A DNA stretch of 60,683 nt, the filler included. It is 4 parts of 4 records of this genome, joined end to end, with 100 filler letters (N's around TTAATTAATTAA, not from the genome) between each part and the next. Parts side by side here need not be neighbours in the genome. Positions count along the whole stretch, not along the records: positions 1 to 16,493 come from SRR31156797_16412; 3 more parts are not named here. The stretch is one strand, 5' to 3'. This document shows, piece after piece, positions 1 through 10,144 of the stretch. A program made the translations under genes and the position numbers. Each line of letters starts with the position of its first letter. Position 1 is the first letter of the stretch. Below the pieces are notes generated by a model. That model searched no databases. It saw only the letters and a program-made list of their open reading frames with translations, and was not told the origin of the DNA.

Positions 1-63
1 TATCGAACAGCTATCGAAGCTTTGCGAAGCCGTTACGAAGCCATTGCGAACATGAATCGAACA
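1..63. repeat. Degenerate ~11-bp tandem repeat with CGAA core
   Basis: CGAA at 4, 15, 25, 36, 47, 58 (spacing 11,10,11,11,11); probably truncated by the contig start. Confidence 0.6.
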
Positions 64-369
64 AAAGTACTTAAAAGCGGGTATGTTGTCATGAAAGTGA
101 TATTTCAACTTGTTATGCTGATGAAATGGAACAGTTCAAAGCGTTAAGTTGAATTAAAACAACCATTTTAGCGATTTTCGTTCTTTTTTAGATTAAATAA
201 TGGAAGGATGTTGTAGCAAGATGCATGTAAACAGCAGAATGGCAATATTAGATATAGCAGTAATTTTTCAGTTACTTTTTTGAGATTTTTAAGAATATTT
301 GGTTTTGTACTGAATGTTGCTTTTAACAAGATTGTAATATACGGCTAGTAATAGGATGCAATGAAAAAG

Positions 370-404
370 AAAGCCTGTTCGTAACTAAAACGAACAGGCT
401 TTTT
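370..404 (-). terminator. Intrinsic terminator downstream of dnaJ
   Basis: AAAGCCTGTTCG...CGAACAGGCTTT inverted repeat flanked by A/T tracts. Confidence 0.8.
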
Positions 405-429
405 ATATTAAGAAATCGAATAAACCATA

Positions 430-1584
430 TTAAAACATATCCTTCATTCTGCTAAAAAAGCTTTTCTCCTGAGAGGATGGTCGGGGCGTAAAGCTATCAG
501 AATCGGCCATTTTTTCCATGGCTTTTTTCTCATCTTTGGATAAATCTTTTGGAATCCAAACGTTTATCTTCACTAATAAATCACCTCTTCCATAGGTATT
601 TACTTCAGGTAATCCTTTACCTCTTAAACGCAAAACTTTACCTGGTTGGGTTCCTGCTTCAATTTTTACTTTAACACGACCTTCTAAAGTAGGTATTTCA
701 ACCGGGGCGCCTAAAGTAGCCTGAGGAACACTGATAAACAGGTTGTATAATAAATCTCTGCCATCACGAACCAATTCTTTATGTTCTTCTTCGTGAATTA
801 GAACCAATAAATCACCGTTTATACCACCTCTTCGGGCTGCGTTTCCTTTACCGGATACAGAAAGCTGCATACCTTCCTCAACCCCGGCAGGTATATTGAT
901 AGAAATAACCTCATCATCTTTTACTATACCTTCTCCGGCACAGTATTTACATTTGTTGGTAATAATTTTTCCATCACCGCCACAGGTAGGACAAGTCGAT
1001 GCAGTTTGCATCTGTCCTAAAATGGTATTGGAGATTCGTGTAACCTGTCCTGAACCATTACAGGTAGAACAAGTACTGTGTGAAGCACCTCCGTCGGCAC
1101 CTGAGCCGCTACAATGATTACAAGGAACGTATTTTTTTACCTTTATTTTTTTCTCAACCCCGTTTAGTACTTCATCTAAAGTAAGGGTTACTTTAACACG
1201 GAGGTTAGATCCCTTGTTAACACGCTGGCGACTGCCACCACCGCCAAATCCACCAAAACCGCTAAATCCACCAAATCCACCACCAAAGATGTCTCCAAAG
1301 TGTGAAAATATATCATCCATCGACATTCCACTGCCACCGAAACCGCCACCTGCAGCTCCGCCAACTCCGGCATGACCATATTGATCGTATCTTGATTTTT
1401 TTTGAGGATCACTTAACACCTCATAGGCTTCGGCTGCTTCTTTGAATTTTTCTTCGGAAGCCTTATCGCCAGGGTTTTTATCCGGGTGAAATTGGATAGC
1501 CTTTTTACGATAGGCTTTCTTAATTTCATCGGCACTGGCACTTTTCGAAACCTCTAATACTTCGTAATAATCTCTTTTCGACAT
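430..1584 (-). CDS. dnaJ: Chaperone DnaJ
   Basis: J domain with HPD, G/F-rich region, four CxxCxGxG zinc-finger repeats. Confidence 0.98.
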   Translation of the reverse strand: MSKRDYYEVLEVSKSASADEIKKAYRKKAIQFHPDKNPGDKASEEKFKEAAEAYEVLSDPQKKSRYDQYGHAGVGGAAGGGFGGSGMSMDDIFSHFGDIFGGGFGGFSGFGGFGGGGSRQRVNKGSNLRVKVTLTLDEVLNGVEKKIKVKKYVPCNHCSGSGADGGASHSTCSTCNGSGQVTRISNTILGQMQTASTCPTCGGDGKIITNKCKYCAGEGIVKDDEVISINIPAGVEEGMQLSVSGKGNAARRGGINGDLLVLIHEEEHKELVRDGRDLLYNLFISVPQATLGAPVEIPTLEGRVKVKIEAGTQPGKVLRLRGKGLPEVNTYGRGDLLVKINVWIPKDLSKDEKKAMEKMADSDSFTPRPSSQEKSFFSRMKDMF

Positions 1585-1605
1585 AACTTACTAAGGTGCT
1601 AATTT

Positions 1606-2202
1606 TTATTCTCCAACAACTACTTTTGCAAAGCGCATCACTTTATCATTCAGCATATACCCTTTCTCAATACAGTCAATTACTTTTCCTTTCATCTCGT
1701 CCGAAGGGGCAGGAATTTTAGTGATTGCTTCATGAAGATCCGTATCAAAGTCTTTTTCTTTGGCTTCAATTTCAGACACTCCATTTTGTTTTAAGTATTC
1801 CTTAAATTTATTGTATATTAAGTCTATACCTTCTTTTACAGCATTTAAATCAGAGGCTTCATTTAAATGAGAAACGGCTCTGTCAAAATCATCAACAACA
1901 GGTAAAATTCCTTTTAATAAACCCTCGCCGGCACTTTTGGTTAGTTCCATGCGCTCTTTTAAGGTTCTTTTTCTGTAGTTGTCATACTCAGCTGTAAGGC
2001 GAAGATACTTATCATTTAAGTCTGAAACTTGTAATGTAAGCTCTTCAATCTTTTTTTCTTCCTCGGTTTGATTACTTTCTTCTTCAGAAGTTTCAGCTTT
2101 TTGCTCTTCTACATTCTCCTCTGTAGTTTCTTCAGTTTTAGAAGATACTTGCTCCTCAACTACTTCTTCCTTGGTTTCTTTTTTAGATTTCTTACTTGTC
2201 AT
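1606..2202 (-). CDS. grpE: Nucleotide exchange factor GrpE
   Basis: AEYDNYRKR, LPVVDDFDRA, FDTDLHEAI, KGYMLNDKVMRFAKVVV; adjacent to dnaJ. Confidence 0.97.
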   Translation of the reverse strand: MTSKKSKKETKEEVVEEQVSSKTEETTEENVEEQKAETSEEESNQTEEEKKIEELTLQVSDLNDKYLRLTAEYDNYRKRTLKERMELTKSAGEGLLKGILPVVDDFDRAVSHLNEASDLNAVKEGIDLIYNKFKEYLKQNGVSEIEAKEKDFDTDLHEAITKIPAPSDEMKGKVIDCIEKGYMLNDKVMRFAKVVVGE

Positions 2203-2246
2203 TATTATAGTGTCTTTATTTTATTTCTAATTCGTAGCATTGCCTT

Positions 2247-2262
2247 AGCAATTATTTTGCCA
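2247..2262 (-). promoter_or_regulatory. Putative sigma54 -24/-12 promoter of grpE-dnaJ
   Basis: Minus strand TGGCA-AAATAA-TTGCT matches TGGCA-N6-TTGCW with exact spacing, 45 bp above the grpE start. Confidence 0.6.
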
Positions 2263-2334
2263 TTGCCCATATTTGGGACAAATTGACAGAGTTCTGGCAA
2301 TAGATATGCATTTTGTCAGCCCTTACTAACAAAC

Positions 2335-2366
2335 AATGGCAGAATACCTAAGCGCATTCTGCCATT
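2335..2366 (-). terminator. Hairpin/terminator after tlpA-like gene
   Basis: AATGGCAGAAT...ATTCTGCCATT inverted repeat. Confidence 0.6.
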
Positions 2367-2389
2367 ATATAAATTAGTTCAACTACTAT

Positions 2390-2917
2390 TTACTTAGATA
2401 ACTTATCAAGCATTGCCTCAAGATTTGCACCTCTCAGTCTTTTAGCTACTATAATTCCGTCGCCATTTATTAAGTAATTATCAGGTATGCTTCTGATGCC
2501 GTAAATTTTAGCGGCTTGAGAATTCCATCCCAGTAAATCGCTGACATGGTAAGGCCAAATTAGCTCATCTGCTTTTATGGCTTTAGTCCAGCTGTTTTTG
2601 TTTTTATCTAATGAAACACTTAAAACAGTAAAACCTTTTCCTTCCTTAAATTTATTGTCTTTAAACCTTTTGTATGCCTCTACTACATGTGGATTTTCTC
2701 TTCGGCAAGGTCCGCACCATGAGGCCCAAAAGTCAATTAGTACCATTTGACCTTTCAATGAGGCCAATTCAATTACCTCGCCATCAGGAGATAAAAGTTT
2801 AAAGTTTGGCGCCTGGTTTCCAATTTCAAGGCCTATTTTAGCTTTCCCTTTCGCATCTGATGCTATAGCTAAAACAAATAGGCTTATCATCATTATCAGT
2901 ATTGCTTTCACCTTCAT
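2390..2917 (-). CDS. TlpA-family thiol:disulfide oxidoreductase
   Basis: Signal peptide; DFWASWCGPCR active site; start taken at ATG 2917. Confidence 0.92.
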   Translation of the reverse strand: MKVKAILIMMISLFVLAIASDAKGKAKIGLEIGNQAPNFKLLSPDGEVIELASLKGQMVLIDFWASWCGPCRRENPHVVEAYKRFKDNKFKEGKGFTVLSVSLDKNKNSWTKAIKADELIWPYHVSDLLGWNSQAAKIYGIRSIPDNYLINGDGIIVAKRLRGANLEAMLDKLSK

Positions 2918-3021
2918 ATCAATCAGTTTTATTTCCAATTTTACTTTATCAAGAGATAATAATTAATTATAAAGTCGTAAATACTTTTACATCCTTACAA
3001 TAATTCAACCAAAAAATGTAT

Positions 3022-3057
3022 ATATGATTTAAGGTATAAAGATACCTTAAATCATAT
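3022..3057. repeat. Perfect 16-bp inverted repeat between the two tlpA-like genes
   Basis: ATATGATTTAAGGTAT-AAAG-ATACCTTAAATCATAT. Confidence 0.8.
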
Positions 3058-3109
3058 CATCCACAAACATAGTTGTTTGTTAATACATTATTCTAAATAA
3101 AAATGGAAT

Positions 3110-3640
3110 TTAGTTTCGGTGAAGGTACTCTAGTGACTCTGCCACTTTGTTAATACTGGTGCTGCGAGCCACTAAACGACCCTGACCATCGATAAGGTAA
3201 TTGATAGGCGCGGTTACATCAAAGCTTTGGGAGATAGACGATTCTGCGCCTTTGTAATCGCAGATGTGCAGGGCATTTGTTAGTCCATCTTCTTTAATAG
3301 CTTTAGCTAAAGGTGATTTAAAACGGTCGAGAGAAATAGATACAACTACAAATCCCTCACCTTTGTGAAATTTACTATTGGCAAACTTCTTTTGAAGTAT
3401 CATCTTTTGATGATTTTCAACACGAGATTCCCCATCGTAGGATGCCCAAAAGTCGATTAAAACCATTTTTCCTCTTAATGATTCCAAATCAAATTCGGAT
3501 CCGTTTATTAGGGAGGTTCTTAACTCTGGTACTTTATCTCCTATTTCAAGGCCTACCTTTGGTTCAGGTACACCATTAATAAATGAAATAAATCCAGACC
3601 CTGCTAAAACAACTATCAACAAAAGTTTTAGCTTTCTCAT
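3110..3640 (-). CDS. TlpA-like thioredoxin-fold protein lacking CxxC
   Basis: Paralogous to the neighbour (GLEIG, VLIDFWAS, GEGFVVVSISLD) but DFWASYDGESR replaces WCGPC. Confidence 0.85.
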   Translation of the reverse strand: MRKLKLLLIVVLAGSGFISFINGVPEPKVGLEIGDKVPELRTSLINGSEFDLESLRGKMVLIDFWASYDGESRVENHQKMILQKKFANSKFHKGEGFVVVSISLDRFKSPLAKAIKEDGLTNALHICDYKGAESSISQSFDVTAPINYLIDGQGRLVARSTSINKVAESLEYLHRN

Positions 3641-3909
3641 ACACACACAATTTAGTTAATACTCACACTGCAAAGTTTAAAAAAAATGCAGTACAGGTGA
3701 TCTTAATTTAGATCAACCTAATCGTTTTCATGACAAATGTTAGGAAAACGGTCGGCAAAAGTATGTTCAAAAACATTAAATACCAAAAGATTATTTTTTG
3801 TTTCAATGTAAGAATGTGTATATTTATGGGTTTTGACGTAGGTGTTCGTACTGTGATGGGGATAGGTGTGTTGTTGTAAATGTCAGAATATAAGATATTT
3901 AATAAAACA

Positions 3910-3946
3910 AAAAAGGCTTTGCGCAGAATGGCACAAAACCTTTTTG
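3910..3946 (-). terminator. Probable terminator after murA
   Basis: AAAAAGG-CTTTGCGC...GCACAAAA-CCTTTTT imperfect hairpin. Confidence 0.5.
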
Positions 3947-3974
3947 TTAATATTCGTTAATAAACGTAACCTTT

Positions 3975-5279
3975 TTACTTACGTGTTATTTTAGCACCTA
4001 ATTGTTGAAGTCGAAGATCAATATTCTGATATCCTCTATCTATCTGATTTATATTTTGAATAATACTCTTTCCTTTGGCCGATAGTGCAGCAATTAACAA
4101 TGCAACCCCTGCTCTGATATCCGGAGAAGTTAAGGTAGTACCTCGTAAGGCAGTTTCTTTATTTAAACCTATAACCGTTGCTCTGTGTGGATCACATAAT
4201 ATAATACGAGCTCCCATATCTATTAGTTTATCCACAAAAAACAGGCGACTTTCAAACATTTTTTGATGAATCAAAACGCTTCCTTTTGCCTGGGTGGCAA
4301 TTACTAAAAACACACTTAATAAATCAGGAGTTAATCCCGGCCATGGTGCATCAGCAATGGTCATAATCGATCCGTCAATAAACGTCTCAATTTCGTATTC
4401 ATCCTGTTGCGGAATATAAATATCGTCACCTCTTCTTTCCAGCTGAATACCCATTCTTTTGAAAGCCTCAGGAATAATACCTAATTCATCATAACAAGTA
4501 TCTTTAATGGTAATTTCAGAACCGGTCATGGCAGCCATTCCTATAAAACTACCAATCTCAATCATATCTGGTAAAATACGATGCTTACATCCCGAAAGGT
4601 GACTCACTCCTTCTATGTGCAATAGGTTGGAACCTATACCATCGATTTTAGCACCCATGCTCACCATCATTTTACAGAGTTGTTGAATATATGGTTCGCA
4701 GGCAGCATTGTAAATGCTCGTTTTACCAGGAGTAAGAACTGCGGCCATTACTATGTTGGCTGTTCCTGTTACCGAAGATTCATCTAACAGCATATTAGTA
4801 CCTTTTAGTTCTGAGGCTTCTACGCTGTAAAATATTTCGTTGGGATTAAAGTGGAAATGTGCACCTAGCTTTTCAAAACCAATAAAGTGCGTATCCAATC
4901 GTCGTCGACCAATTTTATCGCCACCTGGTTTTGGGAAATAGGCTTTTCCATATCGCGCCAATAAAGGACCCATAATCATGATTGATCCTCTTAAGGAAGA
5001 CGCTTTTTTTCTGAATTCTCTGGTTTGTAAATATTCAAGATTGATGCTGGCTGCTTTAAATGCACATACATCTCTGCTGATGCGATTGGTCTGAACCCCT
5101 ATATCTCCTAAAAGATCTATAAGGTTATTCACATCTACAATGTCGGGAATATTACTAATTACAATTTCTTCGTCGGATAAAAGTGTAGCACAGATTACCT
5201 GAAGTGCTTCATTTTTTGCTCCCTGGGGTGTAATCTCTCCGGAAAGCTTATGCCCTCCTTCAATTTCGAAACAATCCAT
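3975..5279 (-). CDS. murA: UDP-N-acetylglucosamine 1-carboxyvinyltransferase
   Basis: GAKNEAL, LRGSI, PGGDKIGRRRLDTH, NAACEP, SPDIRAG, IDRGY motifs. Confidence 0.96.
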   Translation of the reverse strand: MDCFEIEGGHKLSGEITPQGAKNEALQVICATLLSDEEIVISNIPDIVDVNNLIDLLGDIGVQTNRISRDVCAFKAASINLEYLQTREFRKKASSLRGSIMIMGPLLARYGKAYFPKPGGDKIGRRRLDTHFIGFEKLGAHFHFNPNEIFYSVEASELKGTNMLLDESSVTGTANIVMAAVLTPGKTSIYNAACEPYIQQLCKMMVSMGAKIDGIGSNLLHIEGVSHLSGCKHRILPDMIEIGSFIGMAAMTGSEITIKDTCYDELGIIPEAFKRMGIQLERRGDDIYIPQQDEYEIETFIDGSIMTIADAPWPGLTPDLLSVFLVIATQAKGSVLIHQKMFESRLFFVDKLIDMGARIILCDPHRATVIGLNKETALRGTTLTSPDIRAGVALLIAALSAKGKSIIQNINQIDRGYQNIDLRLQQLGAKITRK

Positions 5280-5304
5280 TAGTTTAATAAAATAGAATTA
5301 AGAA

Positions 5305-5928
5305 TTAATTTCTGCGATCGTCGTGACGCTTGAATGGTCTTTTTTTGCGGTTGTTGCGATTCTGGCTATTGTTGTTATTATGACTTTCTCGTTGTTCCGG
5401 AATTTTAATGTCATCACTCACTTCCAACCTGTTTTCTGATAGTTCTTTTATGTCGGAAAAAATTCGTTCATCACCAGGAAAGTCTTTATTCCAGGTAATT
5501 AATGATTTTTTCATATTATTTGCGATAAGCATAATTAAATGCTTTTTAAGCTCACCGTCTTCCATATCAGCAGCTTTCTCTATCATTTTTTCGATAGTTC
5601 TGCCATAATGTTTGTATTTGATGCGATGGTTGTTGTAAGGAAGTTTTTTAGGGCGTTCGTATAGCGTTTCCTTTGTGGGAAGTTCATAAGGTGTTTCAAT
5701 ATCCAGTTTAAAATCAGACATGATAGCCAAATGATCCCATAATTTGTGTTTAAAATCACTTACATCGCGCAAATGAGGGAACATGTTCCCCATATTTCCA
5801 ATAATAGAATGCGCACACTTTGTTCTTTCTTCTTTATCTTCAATGGTTACGCAGTGATCAACCATTTTCTGAATATGTCTTCCATATTCAGGTAATAGTA
5901 ATTTCTTCCTATTTGAATTATAATCCAT
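5305..5928 (-). CDS. DUF4290 family protein
   Basis: LPEYGRHIQKMV and HKLWDHLAIMSDFKLDI; typical Bacteroidota neighbour of murA. Confidence 0.85.
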   Translation of the reverse strand: MDYNSNRKKLLLPEYGRHIQKMVDHCVTIEDKEERTKCAHSIIGNMGNMFPHLRDVSDFKHKLWDHLAIMSDFKLDIETPYELPTKETLYERPKKLPYNNHRIKYKHYGRTIEKMIEKAADMEDGELKKHLIMLIANNMKKSLITWNKDFPGDERIFSDIKELSENRLEVSDDIKIPEQRESHNNNNSQNRNNRKKRPFKRHDDRRN

Positions 5929-6091
5929 AATCAACAATAAAATTCTTCACTCTTATCTTGTAAAAAGGTATAACACTAAGGTATTTACCTGCAGAAACTT
6001 TAATTAACTGGTTCCGTTTTGGATATTTTGAGGAGTTAAATTTTTAAATGCAGTAAACATGTGTCTTTCATGCAGTGCTATGGCTACAAAT

Positions 6092-8383
6092 CTAACCCAA
6101 AATTTTAAGTTTGGCAAATTTTAAAAGTAATTGTTTAACGCCTGCATTTTCAAAGTTTACAGTTGCTTTAGCATTGGGTGTTTGTCCCTCAATACTAACA
6201 ATTTTGCCTTTGCCAAAACGAATGTGTTCTACGCTCATTCCAGGCTGAAGGTTACTTGTTTGGCTCCCACTAAAAGAGGAAGGTTTATTTATTGGAGAAT
6301 TATTATTTACTTTTTTGAAATTATAACCTGGTTTTTGTTGACTTGTTGGACTTGAGAAACTTCTTTTCTCCTTCATTTTAGGTGCAAAACGACTGGGTTG
6401 ATCCACGATTTTAATCTGATCGCCCTGAAACTCTACAAACTCAGTTTTTATTTCACCAATAAATCGACTTGGTTTACAAAAGGCAGATTCCCCGTATTTA
6501 TATCTTGTTCGGGCAAATGAGATGCTGGCATTTTCTTCGGCACGGGTAACGGCGACATAAAATAAACGTCTTTCTTCTTCAACACCCTGCTCACTTTCCA
6601 AAGTCATGGTTGAAGGGAAAAGCCCTTCTTCAACACCAACTACATACACGTTTTTAAATTCTAAACCTTTACTGGAATGGATTGTCATTAAAGTAACTTT
6701 ATTAATATCGTCTTCTCCTTCTGTATCCTGATCGGTAAGTAAAGAGACCTCTTCCAGAAAATTAACCAATCTGGCTTCCCCGCCTTCTTCAGTTCTATTG
6801 ATTGTAAATTCCTGAATACCATTTAAAAGTTCCTGAATATTTTCCTGACGTGCTACAGCTTCGGGTGTACGATCAGCATATAAATCTTTCATCATACCAC
6901 TTTGTGTGGCAATTTCGTTTACCAATTCGTGTGCACTTTGCTGATTAAGGCCGGCAGCAAAACTAGTAATCATTCCAGCAAAGGAACTTAATTTACGCTG
7001 GGTACCGGCATTGAATAATTTGCCTGTACTTTCGATTGAAACCAATATTTCCCAAATGGATTTTCCTGAAGCAGAAGCTGCCCCTTCTAATTTGTCGATA
7101 GTGGTTTTGCCAATTCCTCGTGCCGGGTAATTTATAATTCTTTTAAGTGCTTCCTGATCGGCAGGGTTAACAACAACACGACAGTATGCCAATAAATCTT
7201 TAATTTCTTTTCGCTGGTAGAAACTTAATCCGCCATATATCTTATAAGGCATACCTCCTTTGCGTAAGGCCTCCTCAAAAATACGCGATTGGGCATTGGT
7301 TCTATAAAGAATGGCAAAATCCTGATATTGGTAATTTTGCTTCAGGCGTTTCTCTTTTATATCATTAATAACAATGTACCCTTCTTCTATATCGGAGTAG
7401 GCATTGTGTATTTTAATTTTACTGCCTGTATCTTTTTCAGAGAAAACATCTTTTTTAATTTGCTTAGAATTGTTGGCAATAATGCTGTTAGCTGCATTTA
7501 CAATATTCTGGGTAGAGCGGTAATTTTGCTCCAGCTTAAATAGTTTGTATTCAGGATAGTCGTTTCTGAAGTTTAGAATATTTTCAATTTTAGCTCCCCT
7601 AAAGCTGTAAATACTTTGTGCATCATCACCAACTACGCAAATATTACCATGCTTATCAGCCAGTTTTTTTATGATGATGTATTGCGAATAATTGGTATCC
7701 TGATACTCATCCACCATAATATACTGGAAGAAGTTCTGATACTTTTGCAATACTTCAGGAAAATCTCTAAAAAGCACATTGGTATTTAGAAGTAAGTCAT
7801 CAAAATCCATAACTCCCGACTTATAACATTGTCGCATATAACGAGTGTAAATTTCATGAACCATTGATTTGCGACTAGCCTGATCTTCCATCATTCTGTG
7901 TTGATCTCTGGTATAGGCAGCAGGAGTAACTAAATCATTCTTAGCAGAAGAAATTCTACCTAGCACAGCTCCTGGTTTGTACTCTTTATCACTTAATTTC
8001 ATCTCTTTTATAATGGATTTGATTAAGCTCTTAGAGTCTGCAGTGTCGTAAATAGTAAATGAAGAGGGGTAACCCAGTTTGTCAGCTTCATTGCGCAGAA
8101 TGCGAGCAAAAATAGAGTGAAAAGTACCCATCCATAAATTTCGAGCTGTTTCGTAACCCACAATTTGGGCAATACGCTCTTTCATCTCCTTGGCTGCTTT
8201 ATTGGTAAAAGTCAATGCCAGTATGCGATGAGGAGGTACGCCTTGTGTAAGCAGGTGAGCAATTCTATAAGTTAAAACCCTTGTTTTACCGGAACCGGCT
8301 CCGGCAATAACTAATGATTGACCATCTGTTGTAGTTACGGCTTTTTGTTGCTCCGGATTTAATTGATCGAGATAATTCTGCAC
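6092..8383 (-). CDS. pcrA: UvrD/PcrA ATP-dependent DNA helicase
   Basis: AGAGSGKT, TFTNKAA, VDEYQD, VGDDAQSIYSFRGA, HSSKGLEF, EERRLFYVAVTRA; GTG start at 8383 preferred because a promoter element overlaps the longer TTG start. Confidence 0.95.
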   Translation of the reverse strand: MQNYLDQLNPEQQKAVTTTDGQSLVIAGAGSGKTRVLTYRIAHLLTQGVPPHRILALTFTNKAAKEMKERIAQIVGYETARNLWMGTFHSIFARILRNEADKLGYPSSFTIYDTADSKSLIKSIIKEMKLSDKEYKPGAVLGRISSAKNDLVTPAAYTRDQHRMMEDQASRKSMVHEIYTRYMRQCYKSGVMDFDDLLLNTNVLFRDFPEVLQKYQNFFQYIMVDEYQDTNYSQYIIIKKLADKHGNICVVGDDAQSIYSFRGAKIENILNFRNDYPEYKLFKLEQNYRSTQNIVNAANSIIANNSKQIKKDVFSEKDTGSKIKIHNAYSDIEEGYIVINDIKEKRLKQNYQYQDFAILYRTNAQSRIFEEALRKGGMPYKIYGGLSFYQRKEIKDLLAYCRVVVNPADQEALKRIINYPARGIGKTTIDKLEGAASASGKSIWEILVSIESTGKLFNAGTQRKLSSFAGMITSFAAGLNQQSAHELVNEIATQSGMMKDLYADRTPEAVARQENIQELLNGIQEFTINRTEEGGEARLVNFLEEVSLLTDQDTEGEDDINKVTLMTIHSSKGLEFKNVYVVGVEEGLFPSTMTLESEQGVEEERRLFYVAVTRAEENASISFARTRYKYGESAFCKPSRFIGEIKTEFVEFQGDQIKIVDQPSRFAPKMKEKRSFSSPTSQQKPGYNFKKVNNNSPINKPSSFSGSQTSNLQPGMSVEHIRFGKGKIVSIEGQTPNAKATVNFENAGVKQLLLKFAKLKILG

Positions 8384-8404
8384 TTCTATATTTTTATGGA
8401 TAGG

Positions 8405-8412
8405 CAAAGATA
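8405..8412 (-). promoter_or_regulatory. Bacteroidota housekeeping -7 element
   Basis: TATCTTTG (TAnnTTTG) on the minus strand upstream of the helicase. Confidence 0.6.
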
Positions 8413-8728
8413 GTAAAATGCTATTCTAATGTATAGGACAATGAATTTAAATAACAATAGACAATTGATGATATATATTGAATTGACATATTGGCTTTTG
8501 AAGGAGGACTAAAAAAGGAGTGAGATAGATGAGAATTACCTTCGAATAAACGTCTAAAAACAACCAAATGCTGAATTATATAAAAATATGAAGTTGGATA
8601 ACGATGTAAGATGCACAATGACAGGTAAATATAGTTAGTTTAATTGTTCGTTTTTAACAAAATGCTTATAGCTATTGACCTTTAGGTACAACCTTTTGTA
8701 AATTTGTTTAATAAGAGGGGAGGGAAGG

Positions 8729-8965
8729 ATGAAAAAGAATCAATTTTCATATGATGATTTAATTCGCAGAATTGACAGGCCGTCAATAAAGTCACTTCAC
8801 AATAGGATTGAGCTCTGTGCAGACAGGAACACACAAGGTGTTGAAAAAACAGCATTAGCTCTAAGCTCTGATACTTTGCTGATAAATGAGAATCAGCGAC
8901 TTCGAACTGAAAATAAAAAGGAAGATTCTTCTGCTTCATTGTACGACTTAGTTTTTACCTACTAA
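8729..8965 (+). CDS. Small hypothetical protein (78 aa)
   Basis: ATG ORF preceded by TAAATTTG (8699-8706) and a purine-rich leader. Confidence 0.4.
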   Translation: MKKNQFSYDDLIRRIDRPSIKSLHNRIELCADRNTQGVEKTALALSSDTLLINENQRLRTENKKEDSSASLYDLVFTY

Positions 8966-9076
8966 TGAAAAATCAAGAGATGAAGAATAGACCATATTAA
9001 CCTCCTAACCTAAAGCCAGAGAAAAGCTAATGGTTAGATATAAGGTTACTTTTTACAATAATTAATTTATAGAGTT

Positions 9077-9817
9077 ATGAAAAAGGTTGGTGTATTTTTA
9101 GTAGCGATGTTTTTTACCCTGCTTTGTATGGGTCAGGAATATCAAAAAATCGAGGAGATTGAGGTAATTGCTCCTACCTGTAATGGTGAAATGTTGGGAA
9201 TGGAAATGGATTTTGAAGGAACAAATGTATTGAATGCTTTTTTAAATGCAGAATTACAGAAAGAGGCAGAAATGCTAGGCTTCCAAAGCGGTACAGTTGT
9301 TCTTGATTTTACAGTGTTAACAGATGGAACAATATCTGGATTTATTATTCAGAATTCAGTTTCTAATTTAAATGATGAAGCAGTTAAGAGAGCGGTTCAG
9401 TTAACTTCTGGTTGCTGGAATCCGGGTGTGAATAACGGAACTCCAATTATTATGGAGAAAAGAATCGCCGTTAATTTTGTGAATCCTGATGGAAAGTCTC
9501 TTGAGGAATTGGCGAAAGAGCATTATTTGTATGGCATTAAAAAAATTAATATTGCCGAAAATATTGAAAACTCTTATTTCTTGACTCAGGAACAAAAAGA
9601 TCGTAAAATGAAAAGAAAGTTACATGCTGCATTGTATCATTTTAAAGAAGCAACGCGATTATTAGCTGCCGAACCATCTGTTGTTTTGTGGGAACTAAAG
9701 GCATACGAAAAACTAGGTGATGTTTTAATGAGTGAGAAAAAAGAATTACAATATTTAGAATTAACTCATGCAGTTCGTCAAAGCGAGCCTGAATATGTAG
9801 CAGCATTAACAGAATAA
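9077..9817 (+). CDS. Secreted TonB C-terminal-like protein with helical (TPR-like) tail
   Basis: Signal peptide; GTVVLDFTVLTDGTI...NDEAVKRAV...WNPG..NG TonB_C pattern. Confidence 0.7.
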   Translation: MKKVGVFLVAMFFTLLCMGQEYQKIEEIEVIAPTCNGEMLGMEMDFEGTNVLNAFLNAELQKEAEMLGFQSGTVVLDFTVLTDGTISGFIIQNSVSNLNDEAVKRAVQLTSGCWNPGVNNGTPIIMEKRIAVNFVNPDGKSLEELAKEHYLYGIKKINIAENIENSYFLTQEQKDRKMKRKLHAALYHFKEATRLLAAEPSVVLWELKAYEKLGDVLMSEKKELQYLELTHAVRQSEPEYVAALTE

Positions 9818-9864
9818 TAATGGGTTATAATATTGAAAAGTCACACTTAAATTTAGGAGGTTGA

Positions 9865-9906
9865 ACCCAAGGTGCTATTGTAAGCTTCCTTGGGTTTTGC
9901 TTTTTA
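9865..9906 (+). terminator. Probable terminator
   Basis: AACCCAAGG...CCTTGGGTT followed by T tracts. Confidence 0.6.
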
Positions 9907-10002
9907 ATATGGAGGCATTTTTAGCGTTTTGAGGTTAATTAATGTTAAAATATAAAATATTATAATACTTAGGAGCCATTAACAGAGGGCGTTGTAAGAA
10001 GG

Positions 10003-10018
10003 TACTCATTAGTGAGTA
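10003..10018. promoter_or_regulatory. Palindromic NarL/LuxR-type operator candidate
   Basis: TACTCAT-TA-GTGAGTA, a 7-2-7 arrangement resembling TACYNMT heptamers. Confidence 0.35.
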
Positions 10019-10144
10019 TGGAATAATAAAAGATATAAAGGTATTTTTATGCTGTCTTTAATTTAATCTGAAGTAATACATCGAAAGAAAAGTCTTTAAA
10101 AAGGACTTGCAAGAAATAGAATTCACAAATTTAAATTAGATGTT

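Noticed and set aside
1-63. CRISPR array
   Set aside because: The unit is about 11 bp with no spacer structure, and no cas genes are present.
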